Shown here: one piece after another, positions 1 to 11,125 of the stretch
Layout of the letters: each line of letters opens with the position of its first letter
Numbering within the stretch: position 1 is the first letter of the stretch
Assembly (NCBI GenBank): GCA_008632985.1
Contig: QPGO01000036.1
Span: forward strand, 582,182 to 616,151
Reading direction: 5' to 3'
Length of the DNA stretch: 33,970 nt
Origin: Psammoneis japonica
Lineage: Eukaryota
Program-made: the position numbers and the translations under genes
The notes under the pieces: generated by a model
What the model saw: only the letters and a program-made list of their open reading frames with translations
What the model was told of the DNA's origin: nothing
Database searches by the model: none

Positions 1-1576
1 TACCATCATCTGGAAACCTCAATAAAAAATAATAACTTTCAGAAGAGCACCAGCATCATACTATACCGCCATCGTGTTGCACTCGCTCGCTCCGCTCCGG
101 TTACAGTAGAGCGAGAGCATACCATACGGTAGATAGCTGGGCCTACTCTCTCTACTCTAGTAGCTACTGCTACTCTCTAGAGTAGAGCTTGTACTGTAGA
201 GAGTAGGACCGTAGCTGCTAGAGTAGCAGCAGCTCTGCGTGATGGCACTTCTTCATGGAGCGGGCGGGCGCCAGGGGCTGCAGAGCTTCTCTGCCGACTG
301 GGCATCTTGTGCAGGAAACCAAGGGACATCACCATCATAGGATCTTGGGGCCAATGTCACAATGGCCTGTTGAAAGTGAGCGTGTGCCAAGTCTTTCCCC
401 ATTGACAGATGAAGATTGTCGAGCGGGGTGAGCAACATGGGGGCAGCTGCAGAGGCATTCACACAACTCAAGAGCTTGCTGTCACAGGACCAGACAACCC
501 ACTCCAGCCAAAGGCAGGGCTCCATGTGATGTGGTCCCACAGATTCCATGTGCAAGCTCTGCAGCTTGCAGCCCAGTCAATGGATGCATTCATCATTTTT
601 GACACACTCAAGTGAAGAACAACCAACAAGGCACCACTTCACAGCTCACAGATGTTGAAGAGTGGCTTTGCATGCAAAAATGTGCCAAAAGTTGTTGAGT
701 GGACAGCCCAACAACTGTGCTGCAAGGTGGCACAAAATTCCACCAAAGTCAAGCAGAAATGCAAGTACACGACATGTGGCACATGCTGATGGGGCAAAAA
801 AAAACACCAACATGTCACAGACCAGCAGCACAGGCCATCCCACCCAGAGCTGGAGCTTGTTGAAAATGAAGCCAAGAGATGGAGGGCATTTTTGTTGAGC
901 CACTGTTGTTGCAGTGAGAAAGTTTGGATGAGGGTTCTTGCACACTGTCAACAACATGTGGAAAGGTCAATGGACACTTCTTGTGATGGTTTTCAAGTGG
1001 ACGTGGTGCTGCTGTGGTCAGTGCACAAAAGAGCCAGAGCTGATTGCTCTGTTTGGGTTTGCCCATGTGTCTTGCAAGCTGTGCAGCAGGCACCATGGGT
1101 TTGTGTGAGTGCATCTTGCCATCATTTTTTCTCAAGTTTTAGTGCAAAAATGTGCGGTGGAGTGCATTGACTCCCATGGCAATGACAGCTCTTGCACTCT
1201 TTGTGCACGCAGAACCCGCCACATGGCACATGGCAAGCACCAATTCCATCTGAAGTGGCAGGTTGAAAATTCACAAAACCATGCCAACTTCAATGAAAGC
1301 CACTGTTAAGTTGGCTGATGCATGATGGAATTGGCATGTCAGCAGTGCTGTCAAAAAAGCAGCAAGAAAAGTCCAACATGACAGAGAGCTGGTGTGTGTC
1401 ACTCACTCAACTTGTGCACCAATCTCTTTCTTCTCTGGCCAATCCTCTCCATCATCTCATGTGCTGGGGGGTGCATTCCAGACACAGGTGGGAATCAATC
1501 TGTGTGACATTGGGCCAGCAGAATTCCATGTGCAAGCTCTGCAGCAAAATTGTTGGGCAATGAATGTGTCAACGAC

Positions 1577-1596
1577 AGACCATTTTGCATGGAAGA
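1577..1596 (+). repeat. Left terminal inverted repeat (mutated copy)
   Basis: Reverse complement of 6276-6295 except one CG->TG change. Confidence 0.9.
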
Positions 1597-1687
1597 AGGC
1601 CAGACAAAGTGGGGTGCGTGGAAGATTTTGGCCTCAAACTGCACCACGGGGACACAAAGCCACAAAGGACAGAACATTTGCATTGTC

Positions 1688-4200
1688 ATGGGAGTTCATA
1701 GTTTGCCACACCCCTGCTGCCATGTGGAAGGTTCAACAACTTTCTCAAGAGAAGCCACGAGCTTGGTCTTCAAGGAAAAGTGACTGGCTTTGACGTTGCC
1801 AGACTTTTGCACATGTGTGCCCGACAACGCATGCATGCATGCACAAATGGAGACTGCGGCCCTTTGTTGCAGGACTTTTCTTTGACATTGAATTGTCTCA
1901 CCAGAATGTGTGGTCTTGGTGATGAGCTCTTTGTGGCTTTCAATGGAAGAGACTCTGAATGGAAGAGGCACGAACGTGCCACAAGAGACAATGCCAACTC
2001 TGCCTCAGACAAGAGGAACAACAGCACACAAAATGAACCTCTGTGTGTTCTTGTGACCACAAGAAGGTTTGCAACTCCTTCATGGTGTCTTCCATCAGTC
2101 TGTTGCACCAGAGGAGGCAGACTCACAGCTTTGGCACCATCCTGTTGCTGTCAAACAGAAGTGGTCATTTCTGGAGACTCTGACATGCTTGCATTTGGGC
2201 ACAAGAAACTGCTGATTGTTGACTCCTGTCACACTGAGAGTGTCTGCCTCCATGGCATGGAGAGTGACAGCATGAAAAGAGCTTTGTCAGAAGGCAGCAA
2301 AATGACTGCATTTCCTTGTGCTTGCCTTTCCTTTCTTGGTCACTCAGTCTTTCAGATCTTTGGCACTCTTTGTTGTGGGTGTGATGGCACACCCAATCAA
2401 TCTGGTGTTCCGGGTGTTGGCAAGCAGCAAGCAGAAGACAGCTCTAGAAATTTTCAGTGCACTCATTGATGAGGAATCCTGCAAGGAATCTGGCAACCCA
2501 CCAGAATTGAATGTCAATTGAGAAGCAAGCATCAATCAAGAAGCAGCAGCATCTTTGTCTTTGCAATGAGTGGCAGAATGCACACTTTGAAGTGACGAGC
2601 TTGATGACACATGGACATGCAATGGGGTTTCCATGTGTGTTGCTGTTGCAACTGAGTGCTTTTCTGAATGGGCCGTTTGTTGTGATTGCAACTGCAATGT
2701 CAGGCAACTCAATGGAAAACTTGTGATGCCAAGCATGGTCATGACAAGGAAACACGCCACTGGAGAAGTTGTGCCTCGTGGTGAGCTCTCAGAACATGAT
2801 TCCAAGAATCTTGCTGCATTCAACCCACACAACCACTTTTACACAAATCATGGCTGTCTAAGAACAAGGTTGCTGATTGCTGTCTTGAAGAGGACAAGCC
2901 AGAGCAATGCAATGTTGTGCAGTTGAGGAGCTTCCTGAATGCTCGTGGAGCCAACACCAAGACAATCTCCAGAAAGATGACTTGGCAAAGTGCACAAAAG
3001 GCTTTGTCTTTCTTGAGGCAGAGGCACCTCATCTCATCCAAGCTTTCAACTGGGACAAAAGAACCTCTGGTTCTTTCTTTGTCATTGTCACTGAAGACCT
3101 GTGAGTGAAAATTCATGAACCACTTGAGAATCTCATGACTGCGGATTTCTTTCAGAGAAAAGAACACAACAAATTGAAGTGCAAGTTTTGAAAGCATGCC
3201 ATGATCTTTGCTCCAGGGGAAAGTTTCTTGCCAAGTTTGAAGACATTGCAGTTGAGAGCCCTGAACTTGCTGATTCTTTTGTTCACAAGTGCTGTGGCCA
3301 CGTTGGTGAAAGCAAGCACCAGAAGACCATCAGCACGGCCCTCCAATGGGTTCTGGATTGTGGATTGCCAGGAACTAAAGCTTGGCATGATTGCATTCTC
3401 AGATGACAAGACAAAACTTCATGTGCCATCTGAACAATTGGCATCCATGAGCAAGAATCAGAAAGAGAGGGCAGAAGAAGGTGAGTGAAAAGCACTCTGC
3501 CTGCACCTCATTCTCATGGTGTTGCAAGTTGAGCCAACTGCCCAAGCAAAAGATGGGCACAATCTTGGGTGCATTGTTGGAGTGATTGAAAGCCATTCTT
3601 GTGCTTTGTGCACTGCTGGTTTTGGCCAATGCACACACCATTGCTGCTGTGCACTCCACATCCAGCACCATCATTGGGGTGAAGAGAGAAGCACTCCCAA
3701 GCCTGTTGCAATGGGCAAATGTTGCTGGATTGCAGGAAATCAGCAATGTCAGCATGGCGCAACTCAGGGAGTTTCAGAAATGCAGCTCTGTCAAGCTCCA
3801 AAGACAGAAGAGGAAGCTGAGAGATGTGCCTTGAGGATGCATGGAGAAACATCAACTTGGGTGTCGGACCTCATTGTGAAATGCATGGCAACAATGCAAG
3901 CTGTCAAAGAATGCTGGATTGGAGGCATTTTTCTGAGGACAACCCAGTGGTGCAAGCTCTGTTCAAGCATCTCAGAACAATGCAATGAAAAAGCCAGACT
4001 GGCTGCTTTTGGTCAAATGTGTTCCAGAAACACAGCTGCCAGGGGTTGTCACACAGCCAGTCTGCAGTTCCAGTGCATTTGTTGTGCATTGTGCTCCTCT
4101 CTGAGTTTCTGAAGCCAGTCTTCATGAATTGCCATCTCACCAACATTGACCAACAACTTTTCTGGCTCTTGTTCCGCTGGCTCCGCAAACATCTTGTGCT
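1688..4200 (+). pseudogene. Transposon accessory gene remnant: XPG/FEN1/EXO1-family 5' nuclease, SAP-like motif, SWIM zinc finger
   Basis: Motifs in order across frameshifts: MGVHSL (1688), GFDVARLLH, FVAFNG..WKRHERATR, VAPEEADSQL (~2102-2131), VVISGDSDMLAFG, H3TH-like GCDGTPNQSGVPGVGKQQA, QLRSFLNARGANT..KDDLAK (~2917-2990), SCALCTAGFGQCTH..CAL..CCW (~3595-3730). The 3' end is approximate. Confidence 0.8.
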
Positions 4201-4329
4201 CACTTGTCATGCTCCAAAGGTGAACCTGTCCATGCACATCCACCAAACCATCATCTGCAGCACCACACCAGCAAATGCAGGCTTGGCAGGGATGTTGTCT
4301 GTGGCTTCCATTGATGCAATGCATTGACT

Positions 4330-6210
4330 GCCCACGGGTGATGGCAGGATGAAAGTTCTGCACAAGGAAACACACCCGCATCAACAACAGAGCCAGGTTG
4401 AGCTGAAGCAGTGGGGCGACACTGTTGAAGCATCTGCCTGTCATCTTCGCATGCCTGCCACCTGTTTGATGACAATTCTTGCATTCCCAATCTTCTGGCA
4501 GGGAGCCGCATCCTTGCTTGGCCATTGAGTCTGTGGCTTCAGTTTCTCAGTGGGGCAGATGCACATGACTCCTGACAATGCACACAGATTGTCAATGAGA
4601 AACCCCTTGTCCACCTGGACTGCATGCCCAAATGGCACATTTTCAATTGGTTTGAAAATGTTGGGGCAGATTGAATCCCCACAACTGCCAGCCGCTCCAT
4701 CTTTTGGCAGAGAGCCTTCATGCGTGCATCCAATGGGGTCAGAGCCACCAAAGAACTTCATTGTGTCCCTGCCCTTGTGCTCAGAATGCATGGTGGCATG
4801 CCCTGTCTTCATGCAGGACATCTGTGCCTCCTCCTCTGTGGCATCAAGAATGAGGAAAATAGAAGCATGCCCAAAGGCCCAAACAAATCCAGTCTGGAAA
4901 AACAGCCCACTGCCAAATGATGTCTGAAACAATGGAAGCAGCTTTGATTCCAACAAGTGGGGCAATTGCTTCCTTCTGAGCTGATCCAACATGACAGTGA
5001 AGACAGAAAACAAAACACTCTGTTTTTCAATCAATGACCTGTGCTTTTGGTTCAGTTGAGTGTGCAGTGGGTGGCTCAACATCACCCTTGTGTTCCCCCA
5101 GTCTAACCTTGCTGTGACACTCCAGTCCTCATGCAAGACCCGGATTGCCATCTTCTTTCTTCCAGCTCAGCACACTTTTCAAGGAAGTGCTCATCAGCTT
5201 TGAAATTGGGGAAAAAGGCCAGGTGCAAGGTCCTTGCATGACAGAGGAGCTTGCTGAGACAGATCTTCTGGCTTGCCATGTGTGCACTCTAGCTTGACTC
5301 CAATTCAGAAATCTTCAACATCTCCACTGTGTTCCCTTGCTGATCTGCAGCTCTGATGCAGAGCTCTCCCATCTCATTGTCTTTGTCAGATGGCTTTTTC
5401 TTCAGATGCTCTGCCACTTCATTCATGTGCTCTACCTCCAACTTTTTTCCCTCCAATTCTTTGTTGCAACTGTGGGCTTGAGCTGTCATTGCCATGGTGT
5501 GCTTCTCTGCTGGCACTCTTTCAATGGAAGATGGGGCACCAGCATCTGGACGAGTGACAAACTTCTTGGCTGCTCTTGACCTGGCTGTTCTCAGTGCATT
5601 GCTGACATTGTTAAAAGGATTGGAACTTTCAGGCCTTGAAGTGTTGCTGCCAGGACCATTTGTCTTCATGTCGTTCCTCTTGGCGTGTCTCTCTGCCACC
5701 AGCACCCACAAGCAGCCCAAACCACTCTGACAAGTCTGATGCCACAGTGCCAGAGAAGACACTTTCCACCGCTCTTGGGACCACACCTTGCACCTTTGCT
5801 TTTCCATCTCTTTGTGTGACTCAACTTTGCAGTTTGGAGGGGGGAAGCCAGTTTTTCTTTCCCCCAATCTCGGAATGTCGCATTGCTGTTGTGCGGATTC
5901 AGGCACCAGCACTTGTCCGACACATCAAAATGCCAATGTTCAGGATGAAAATGCCATGGTGCAATCACCTGACTGTGTGGATCATTCAAAAAACTTTCTC
6001 TCAATGCTCAGGTTTGACTCCAAGAGCAGTCATGACATTTGCGACAAAATTGTTGGGCACACGCACCATGTGAGATGAAGAACACCCCATTCCGTGACAA
6101 AAGGTGTTGTCACAAATGTGCAAGATTTCCTTCCTTTCGCGTTTTCGGGTCTCATGTGTTGTGGACCAAGAAGAAAAGGACCTTTACCATCGGGGGCGAC
6201 TGGAAACCAT
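4330..6210 (-). pseudogene. DDE_Tnp_4-type (ISL2EU/Harbinger-like) transposase remnant
   Basis: LILDATE, HATMHSEHKGRDTMKFFGGSDPIG (family pattern tYSxYKxxxTxKfLxGxxPxG), VQVDKGFLID, KIGNARIVIKQ and RVCFLVQNFHPAI. The N-terminal part has a C-x4-C...HF (THAP-like) segment and a coiled coil. Several stops and frameshifts; ends approximate. Confidence 0.88.
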
Positions 6211-6275
6211 GACTGCCGATGAAACACGCATCTACAGGTGTCGCTCGGGGTTGTGTCCGCCTTGTGCGTCTGTTC

Positions 6276-6295
6276 TCTTCCGTGCAAAATGGTCT
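6276..6295 (-). repeat. Right terminal inverted repeat (retains CG and flanking TA)
   Basis: Reverse complement reads agaccattttgcacggaaga; followed by AT. Confidence 0.9.
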
Positions 6296-6365
6296 ATTTT
6301 ATACTCTAGCTTTCGCATTTCGCACCGTATTCGTATTATTTTTGCATGCTCCATGCCATCTCACC

Positions 6366-7502
6366 ATGAGCCGCCGTCATTCACCGCCGTACAAGACAAG
6401 AGGCCTTGAAGATGAAAGCGACGATTCCATGTTGTTGGATGCTCTTCGCGGCTTGAACTTGCCAAATATGCCCAGCTCTAGCAAGGAAACCCCAACAATT
6501 CGGATACTGGCAGTTGCCGATGTTGATTTGCCGAGTGCGGCGGCTCTTGCCGAGTATGCACTACGAAAAGACGACAATTCCATTGGCGGAGGTAATGTAG
6601 ACTTATGTATAGCTTGTGGATCTTTCTGTAGTGACGACAACCTCCTGACAAATCCCAGATACTTGGAAGGTCGTTCTCGACAACGTATGGAGCACAGATT
6701 GGCAGGAGCTTCGGGCAACATTGCACACACGAGAGCTTTGCGGACGCGAGAAGAATCAGCAGCATTAGAAGGACTGGTCTCAGCAACTCTGTCACAACTA
6801 GAAAGCATTGTATGTCGATTGGTATTTATTCCTGGTCCCAATGATCCGATTTCGATAATCTCGCAGCCACCAAACACACCGCCTCGCCGGCTTACATCCA
6901 ACGCACGTAACGTTCATCGGCACTGGCTGCAGCTAACACCGGGGCTTGGCTGTGCTGGATTGATGGACGAAACGAGTATTGAACCAGATGCGGAGGATGA
7001 TGGTACTGGCTATATAGAAGCTGCGTCACGATTGTTGGAGTTGGCAAACCCAAACGAGCAGCATTACTCAAGTCACCCATCCTTATTAGCTTTTGACACC
7101 CCCTTGTCACAAACTATACTATTGACAGAACCATCACCACCTTCAAGAGAAGTACAACATGACGATACAAGTAGTAGAAATAGCTACAAACATGGTGGTG
7201 AGAGTCTCAATGATACGGATCTCTTTCCCCGAGAGTTCTTGCGGTTCATCGATGCTCCAGCAACTCAAAGCCAAGTTCTTGTCAATGTCTCTTCTGGAGA
7301 CGAACCATACCTAAGCCAACGGGGTAATGTATCATTGATTATACCAGGGTCCTTGCGAAAGAGTGGTGATTTCTGTCTGATAAATGTCGGACTCTGCCGA
7401 AATGACAATGCTACTAGTGACGTGTCGACTGGGTGCTCCTCCTACAACTGGAGAGTCAATCGAGTGGAATTTCGAAACATGAGGGAGGGGTCAAGTACTT
7501 GA
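6366..7502 (+). CDS. Uncharacterised protein, probable degenerate calcineurin-like metallophosphoesterase fold (378 aa)
   Basis: Long clean ORF of normal composition. ILAVADVD, DLCIACGSF and LVFIPGPNDP resemble the DxH, GDxx and GNHD blocks. ATG 6366 chosen because the upstream part of the ORF lies in the transposon end. Confidence 0.8.
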   Translation: MSRRHSPPYKTRGLEDESDDSMLLDALRGLNLPNMPSSSKETPTIRILAVADVDLPSAAALAEYALRKDDNSIGGGNVDLCIACGSFCSDDNLLTNPRYLEGRSRQRMEHRLAGASGNIAHTRALRTREESAALEGLVSATLSQLESIVCRLVFIPGPNDPISIISQPPNTPPRRLTSNARNVHRHWLQLTPGLGCAGLMDETSIEPDAEDDGTGYIEAASRLLELANPNEQHYSSHPSLLAFDTPLSQTILLTEPSPPSREVQHDDTSSRNSYKHGGESLNDTDLFPREFLRFIDAPATQSQVLVNVSSGDEPYLSQRGNVSLIIPGSLRKSGDFCLINVGLCRNDNATSDVSTGCSSYNWRVNRVEFRNMREGSST

Positions 7503-7921
7503 AGCTCGAAATACCGACATTTGGGAAGGAAAGTTGAATATGAACGAGTACGAACGCAGAAGATGGTGTCGGGGGATACTGTTTCTGACGAAGGGGAGTC
7601 AAGCTGGCGTTGCGACAACGACGAAGACGATTTTTTCGACGCTTAGAAAGCTTGCCTGCGGGATGAAAAAAACATGTGACGATTCTCAAATTCGAAGGAT
7701 AGAAAAAATATGACATAGAAAAATGTATTGCATCGCCAACATTGCGAATTGAGCATGCGGGTGTGTGTCTGCCAGTATCACTAGAGCGTCACCGTATGAT
7801 GCAATAATTAACGATGGTTTCTGTTGTTGCATCATGGCTTTTCGACAGAGTATAATACCAAATGAAGAACTATTGTTCTATAATTGTTGAAATGCCCCCC
7901 TCTCTCTCCAGCATCTCTGTC

Positions 7922-10900
7922 TTACCTACTACTGCAAGAGCCCGTATTGGGATTTCCTGTCCATTTGCAATTCGTGCACGCGGTGCAATCGTCTTTGATG
8001 GTAATCGACGTACATGATGCACATCCGGTGGGTGCTGAGACGGGGCTCTGGGACGGAGCTGGCGTAGTCGGTGTCGGTGGAGAAGGGCTCAGGCAGAGAC
8101 TTCCCGAGCCTTGCCAGGTGCAAGAGCTTGGGCCACAATAGGATCTGCACGGGCCGCCCCCAGCACCATCCGCATCACGGCAGTTGCAAGCCACCGGGCT
8201 GGCGGAAGGTGCCGGAGTAGGAGTCTTTGTTGGAGCAGCAGAAGGCGCCGGAGTGGGACTCTTGGTCGGAGCAAAGGTAGGGCTCTTTGTTGGAGCACCG
8301 GTGCCACCTGATGTAGGGGCAGCGGTAGGACTCTTGGTTGGAGCGCCGGTTGGAGCCTTTGTTGGCGCTGCGGTGCCGCTTGGAGTTGGAGCAGGTGACG
8401 AGGAAGACAACAGAGTGCAGAGAACTGGACGAACACCTTCACCAGCAGCTTCGGTAGACCAATACTTGTACACACTGGTACCATCCAAAGCATAGATGGC
8501 CAAGGATACCTGTGAGGCTGCAATGTTTGCGTTGACGAGCGAGGTGAGGTCAAAATCAACGGGATCATTCCTGACCGTTGGTGATGCCCCAGTGGCGATT
8601 GGGCCACCGACTGTTGCCGCCCCGGGCGAGTCCCAAGTGGAGGTGCCTGCCGACCAATTGTTATTGTCTAGCTCGTAAATGGCTGTAGTGACGCTTCGGT
8701 CAGCACCGTCGGTGTAACCAAAGAGACGAAGAGTAGCGTACTCGACAGAACTCGTGACGCCGCTAACGTCAAACTTTATGAAAGTTTGTCGAATGTCTCC
8801 AGCGACTGCCTTTGTATCAATTCTGTCGGACCCAGCGTAATTATTGGTAGGATTGGCTTCACGGATGGTGGTATCTTCCAAAGCACCCGTACACACTTCG
8901 AACGGACCAGAATCAGGGGACCTTGTCGGCATGTCAGTAGGCGAATTCGTCGGAGGCTCCGTAGGCTGGGGAGTTGGGGTCAACGTGTTTCCTGCCAACA
9001 CTGCTTCGACTCTGAGCAAGGCCACGTGGGTGGTAGTGCCGTCGCTCACCTCAAGCTGCAGCTGGTACACTCCATCCGTGCTGAATGATGCCGTTGTTTC
9101 AATCGCTGTCGCGTCCGCAATAGTAGCCACGCCAGGCCCAGACACTTGGCTCCAGGTGTAGCTATGCGAGTTTCCTAGCATTGTCAGGTCACGAACAATA
9201 CCACCAATGCCAAAGGACGTACTGGGCTCCGGTGGGTACGCGTCTTCGTCCTTGAACGTGATCAAGGGATCCAAGAACAGTCCATTCCCATACCAATTTG
9301 CCAGTTCCGTCCACACATCGCCCCACAGTTGATCCGGAAGCACAACATGACGAAGCGCATTCTGGCTGTTCAACCGATCTTTGAGTTGCGCATAATAGAG
9401 GGATCGGGGCGTCACGTGCTGCCCAATCGACCTCCAGAGACCGTTCTTTTCCACAATCGAGGAGTTGGTGTGCGGACCAATGTTTCCAACCGCCCAGTTC
9501 ATGGCGTTATTGGGAGCATCATTATTGAATGTCCCTTCGCAATTCCAAAACATGATTTGCGCACCACTCCAGCCGTGGCCAGATCCGGAGTCTCCTCGAT
9601 TCCGAACGCGTATCTGGCCGTTATTACCAAACGTGTCGAGAGTTTTGATGTTATCGTAGAGCTGTCCTGTTGCGTACCTATGATGAGGCCCAATGTCCGC
9701 ATTGGATAGAGTCGCCAGGGAGTCGACAAAGACATTGGGTCCCGGCGTGCGAGACCCAGAGACGTAGTCATGGCGGCCTTCGGAAGTGAGGCATCGATGA
9801 AAAAAGACAAAGTCAGAGTCGTCCACGTTGAAGGAGTAACGGCGGCCTCCCGAGATTGGGCTCTTGTGTTCAAGCATGGCGGAATCTTCGACAGTAATAT
9901 AGCTGGAATGCGATTGAACCGAGACCAAGCCATACCCAAAATACTTTCCTGTGACTTGACGAACCCACGAGTCGCGTACACCTTCAAATTCAATACCTTT
10001 CCAGCCGTGATTTTCGTCCGTGCTGGAGGCAAACGAAGATTCCAAGCGGATGTTCTCAACTCCAACATTGTAGATCTCGTTCTTCTGATAGGCATAGACA
10101 TCCGCACCACCGTACAAGACGGTATCAATGGCCTGGACAACGGGGGCATCAATCTCAATCTGATCGCCAATGACGCTTTCTACTTTGCGACGCCAAATGA
10201 GCTGACAGTAAAAGACCGAGAAACAGTTAGAAAACATGGCAAAGTCGCTATGCGACATGTGGTAGTCTACATGATTCTCTCACCTGATAGCTTTCCGTGG
10301 TCCATCCATACAGACCCATGTTGGACATTTCATCAAGCCAGGCTTGATTTGGCGTGAGCTTGATGGCAATCTCATCACCCTCAGTGAAACCATGACCCGG
10401 AGTGACGGTGAATGTCTTGGCTCCCGTGGGAACAAAGTTATCGGCAACTTGTACGGTTGCTCCCGACGCCACGGGTGAACTCGTGTCTCCAAGAATGTTA
10501 ATCATGGAACTCTTGACATTGCTCGTGTAGGTCACATTTGTTCCTCCTACGCCGGAGCCTTCGCCACGAAGGACAACACCACTTGCCGTGATGGAAAGCT
10601 GATTAAAGACCTCGTAGTCGCCTGCCTTCAAGAGTACGGCACCACGAAACCCATCGACCAACGGAAGCCCTGATACAGTATTAATTGCGTTTTGAATCGC
10701 GGTTCCATCATCACCGGGACCGGGATTCACCTGTCGCAACAAGAGAAGGAAATTAAGAGTGAGATGACTCGAGTTACAGTTATGAAACAGAGTAGTGCAC
10801 GAGAAATTTAGCTCAGGAGTCATTCTTGCTTCTCACATACCGTCGCTTGTGTTGGAACAAAGGGGATCGCAACGCCACCACCTTTATAGCCCACGTTTGA

Positions 10901-11125
10901 AAAGTCGGGAACCGTGTTGGTTTCTCCACCACTTACAACATTGTTGTTGGGTCCACTCTCGTTTTCGTACGCGTCGTATGTCAAGGTGATGCCATCCGAG
11001 TCGAGCGACACGAGCTGCGCATTGGGATCGAGCAAGGAGCGACGACGGATACGGACGCCAGCAGCATCAGCCCCACAAAATGAGGTAGTAAGAACAGCAG
11101 CAACAACAACAAAGCCAAACTTCAT
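7922..11125 (-). CDS. Secreted pectin-lyase-like beta-helix protein with PKD-like domain, DNRLRE/CBM96-like module, Pro-Thr repeats and Cys-rich tail (~1003 aa)
   Basis: Exons 11125-10841, 10730-10284 and 10201-7922 join in frame through GT-AG introns of 110 and 82 bp. Signal peptide; PDFSNVGYKGG, GDDGTAIQNAIN, FRGAVLLKAGDY, GPHHRYATGQLYDN, GSGHGWSGAQ, PRSLYYAQL; YTWSQVSGP..YQLQLEVSDG; DTTIREANPTNNY..FIKFDVSG. Confidence 0.9.
8190..8395 (-). repeat. Coding Pro-Thr-x-Ala/Ser (PT) linker repeats
   Basis: APTKAPTGAPTKSPTAAPT...PTPAPSASP in translation. Confidence 0.85.

Larger units (their letters stand above)
240..6180. other. TpA-void, CpG-poor hypermutated domain 1
   Basis: About 14 TA dinucleotides in ~5.9 kb by manual count; strong TG/CA excess; ORFs are nearly Tyr-free and Cys/His-rich. 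Confidence 0.95.
1577..6295. mobile_element. Degenerate ISL2EU-like (PIF/Harbinger-related) DNA transposon, 4719 bp, with two convergent genes
   Basis: 20-bp TIRs: left 1577-1596 agaccattttgcatggaaga, right 6276-6295 tcttccgtgcaaaatggtct (19/20 match). Right flank is AT (6296-6297); left flank is AC (1575-1576), consistent with an AT target-site duplication altered by TA->CA. Encloses a DDE transposase remnant (-) and a nuclease/SWIM gene remnant (+). Confidence 0.88.

Noticed and set aside
1608..1640. GVRGRFW as the XPG N-terminus
   Set aside because: No ATG and only ~35 bp from the TIR. MGVHSL at 1688 fits the family start and spacing better.
240..6180. Dozens of overlapping Cys/His/Trp-rich ORFs here and in the other TA-void domains as novel small or metal-binding proteins
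   Set aside because: Artefact of lost TAA/TAG and Tyr codons. The recognisable parts are frameshifted transposon genes.
6219..6365. N-terminal 49 aa of the 427-aa ORF
   Set aside because: Overlaps the transposon TIR and flank; ATG 6366 is more plausible.
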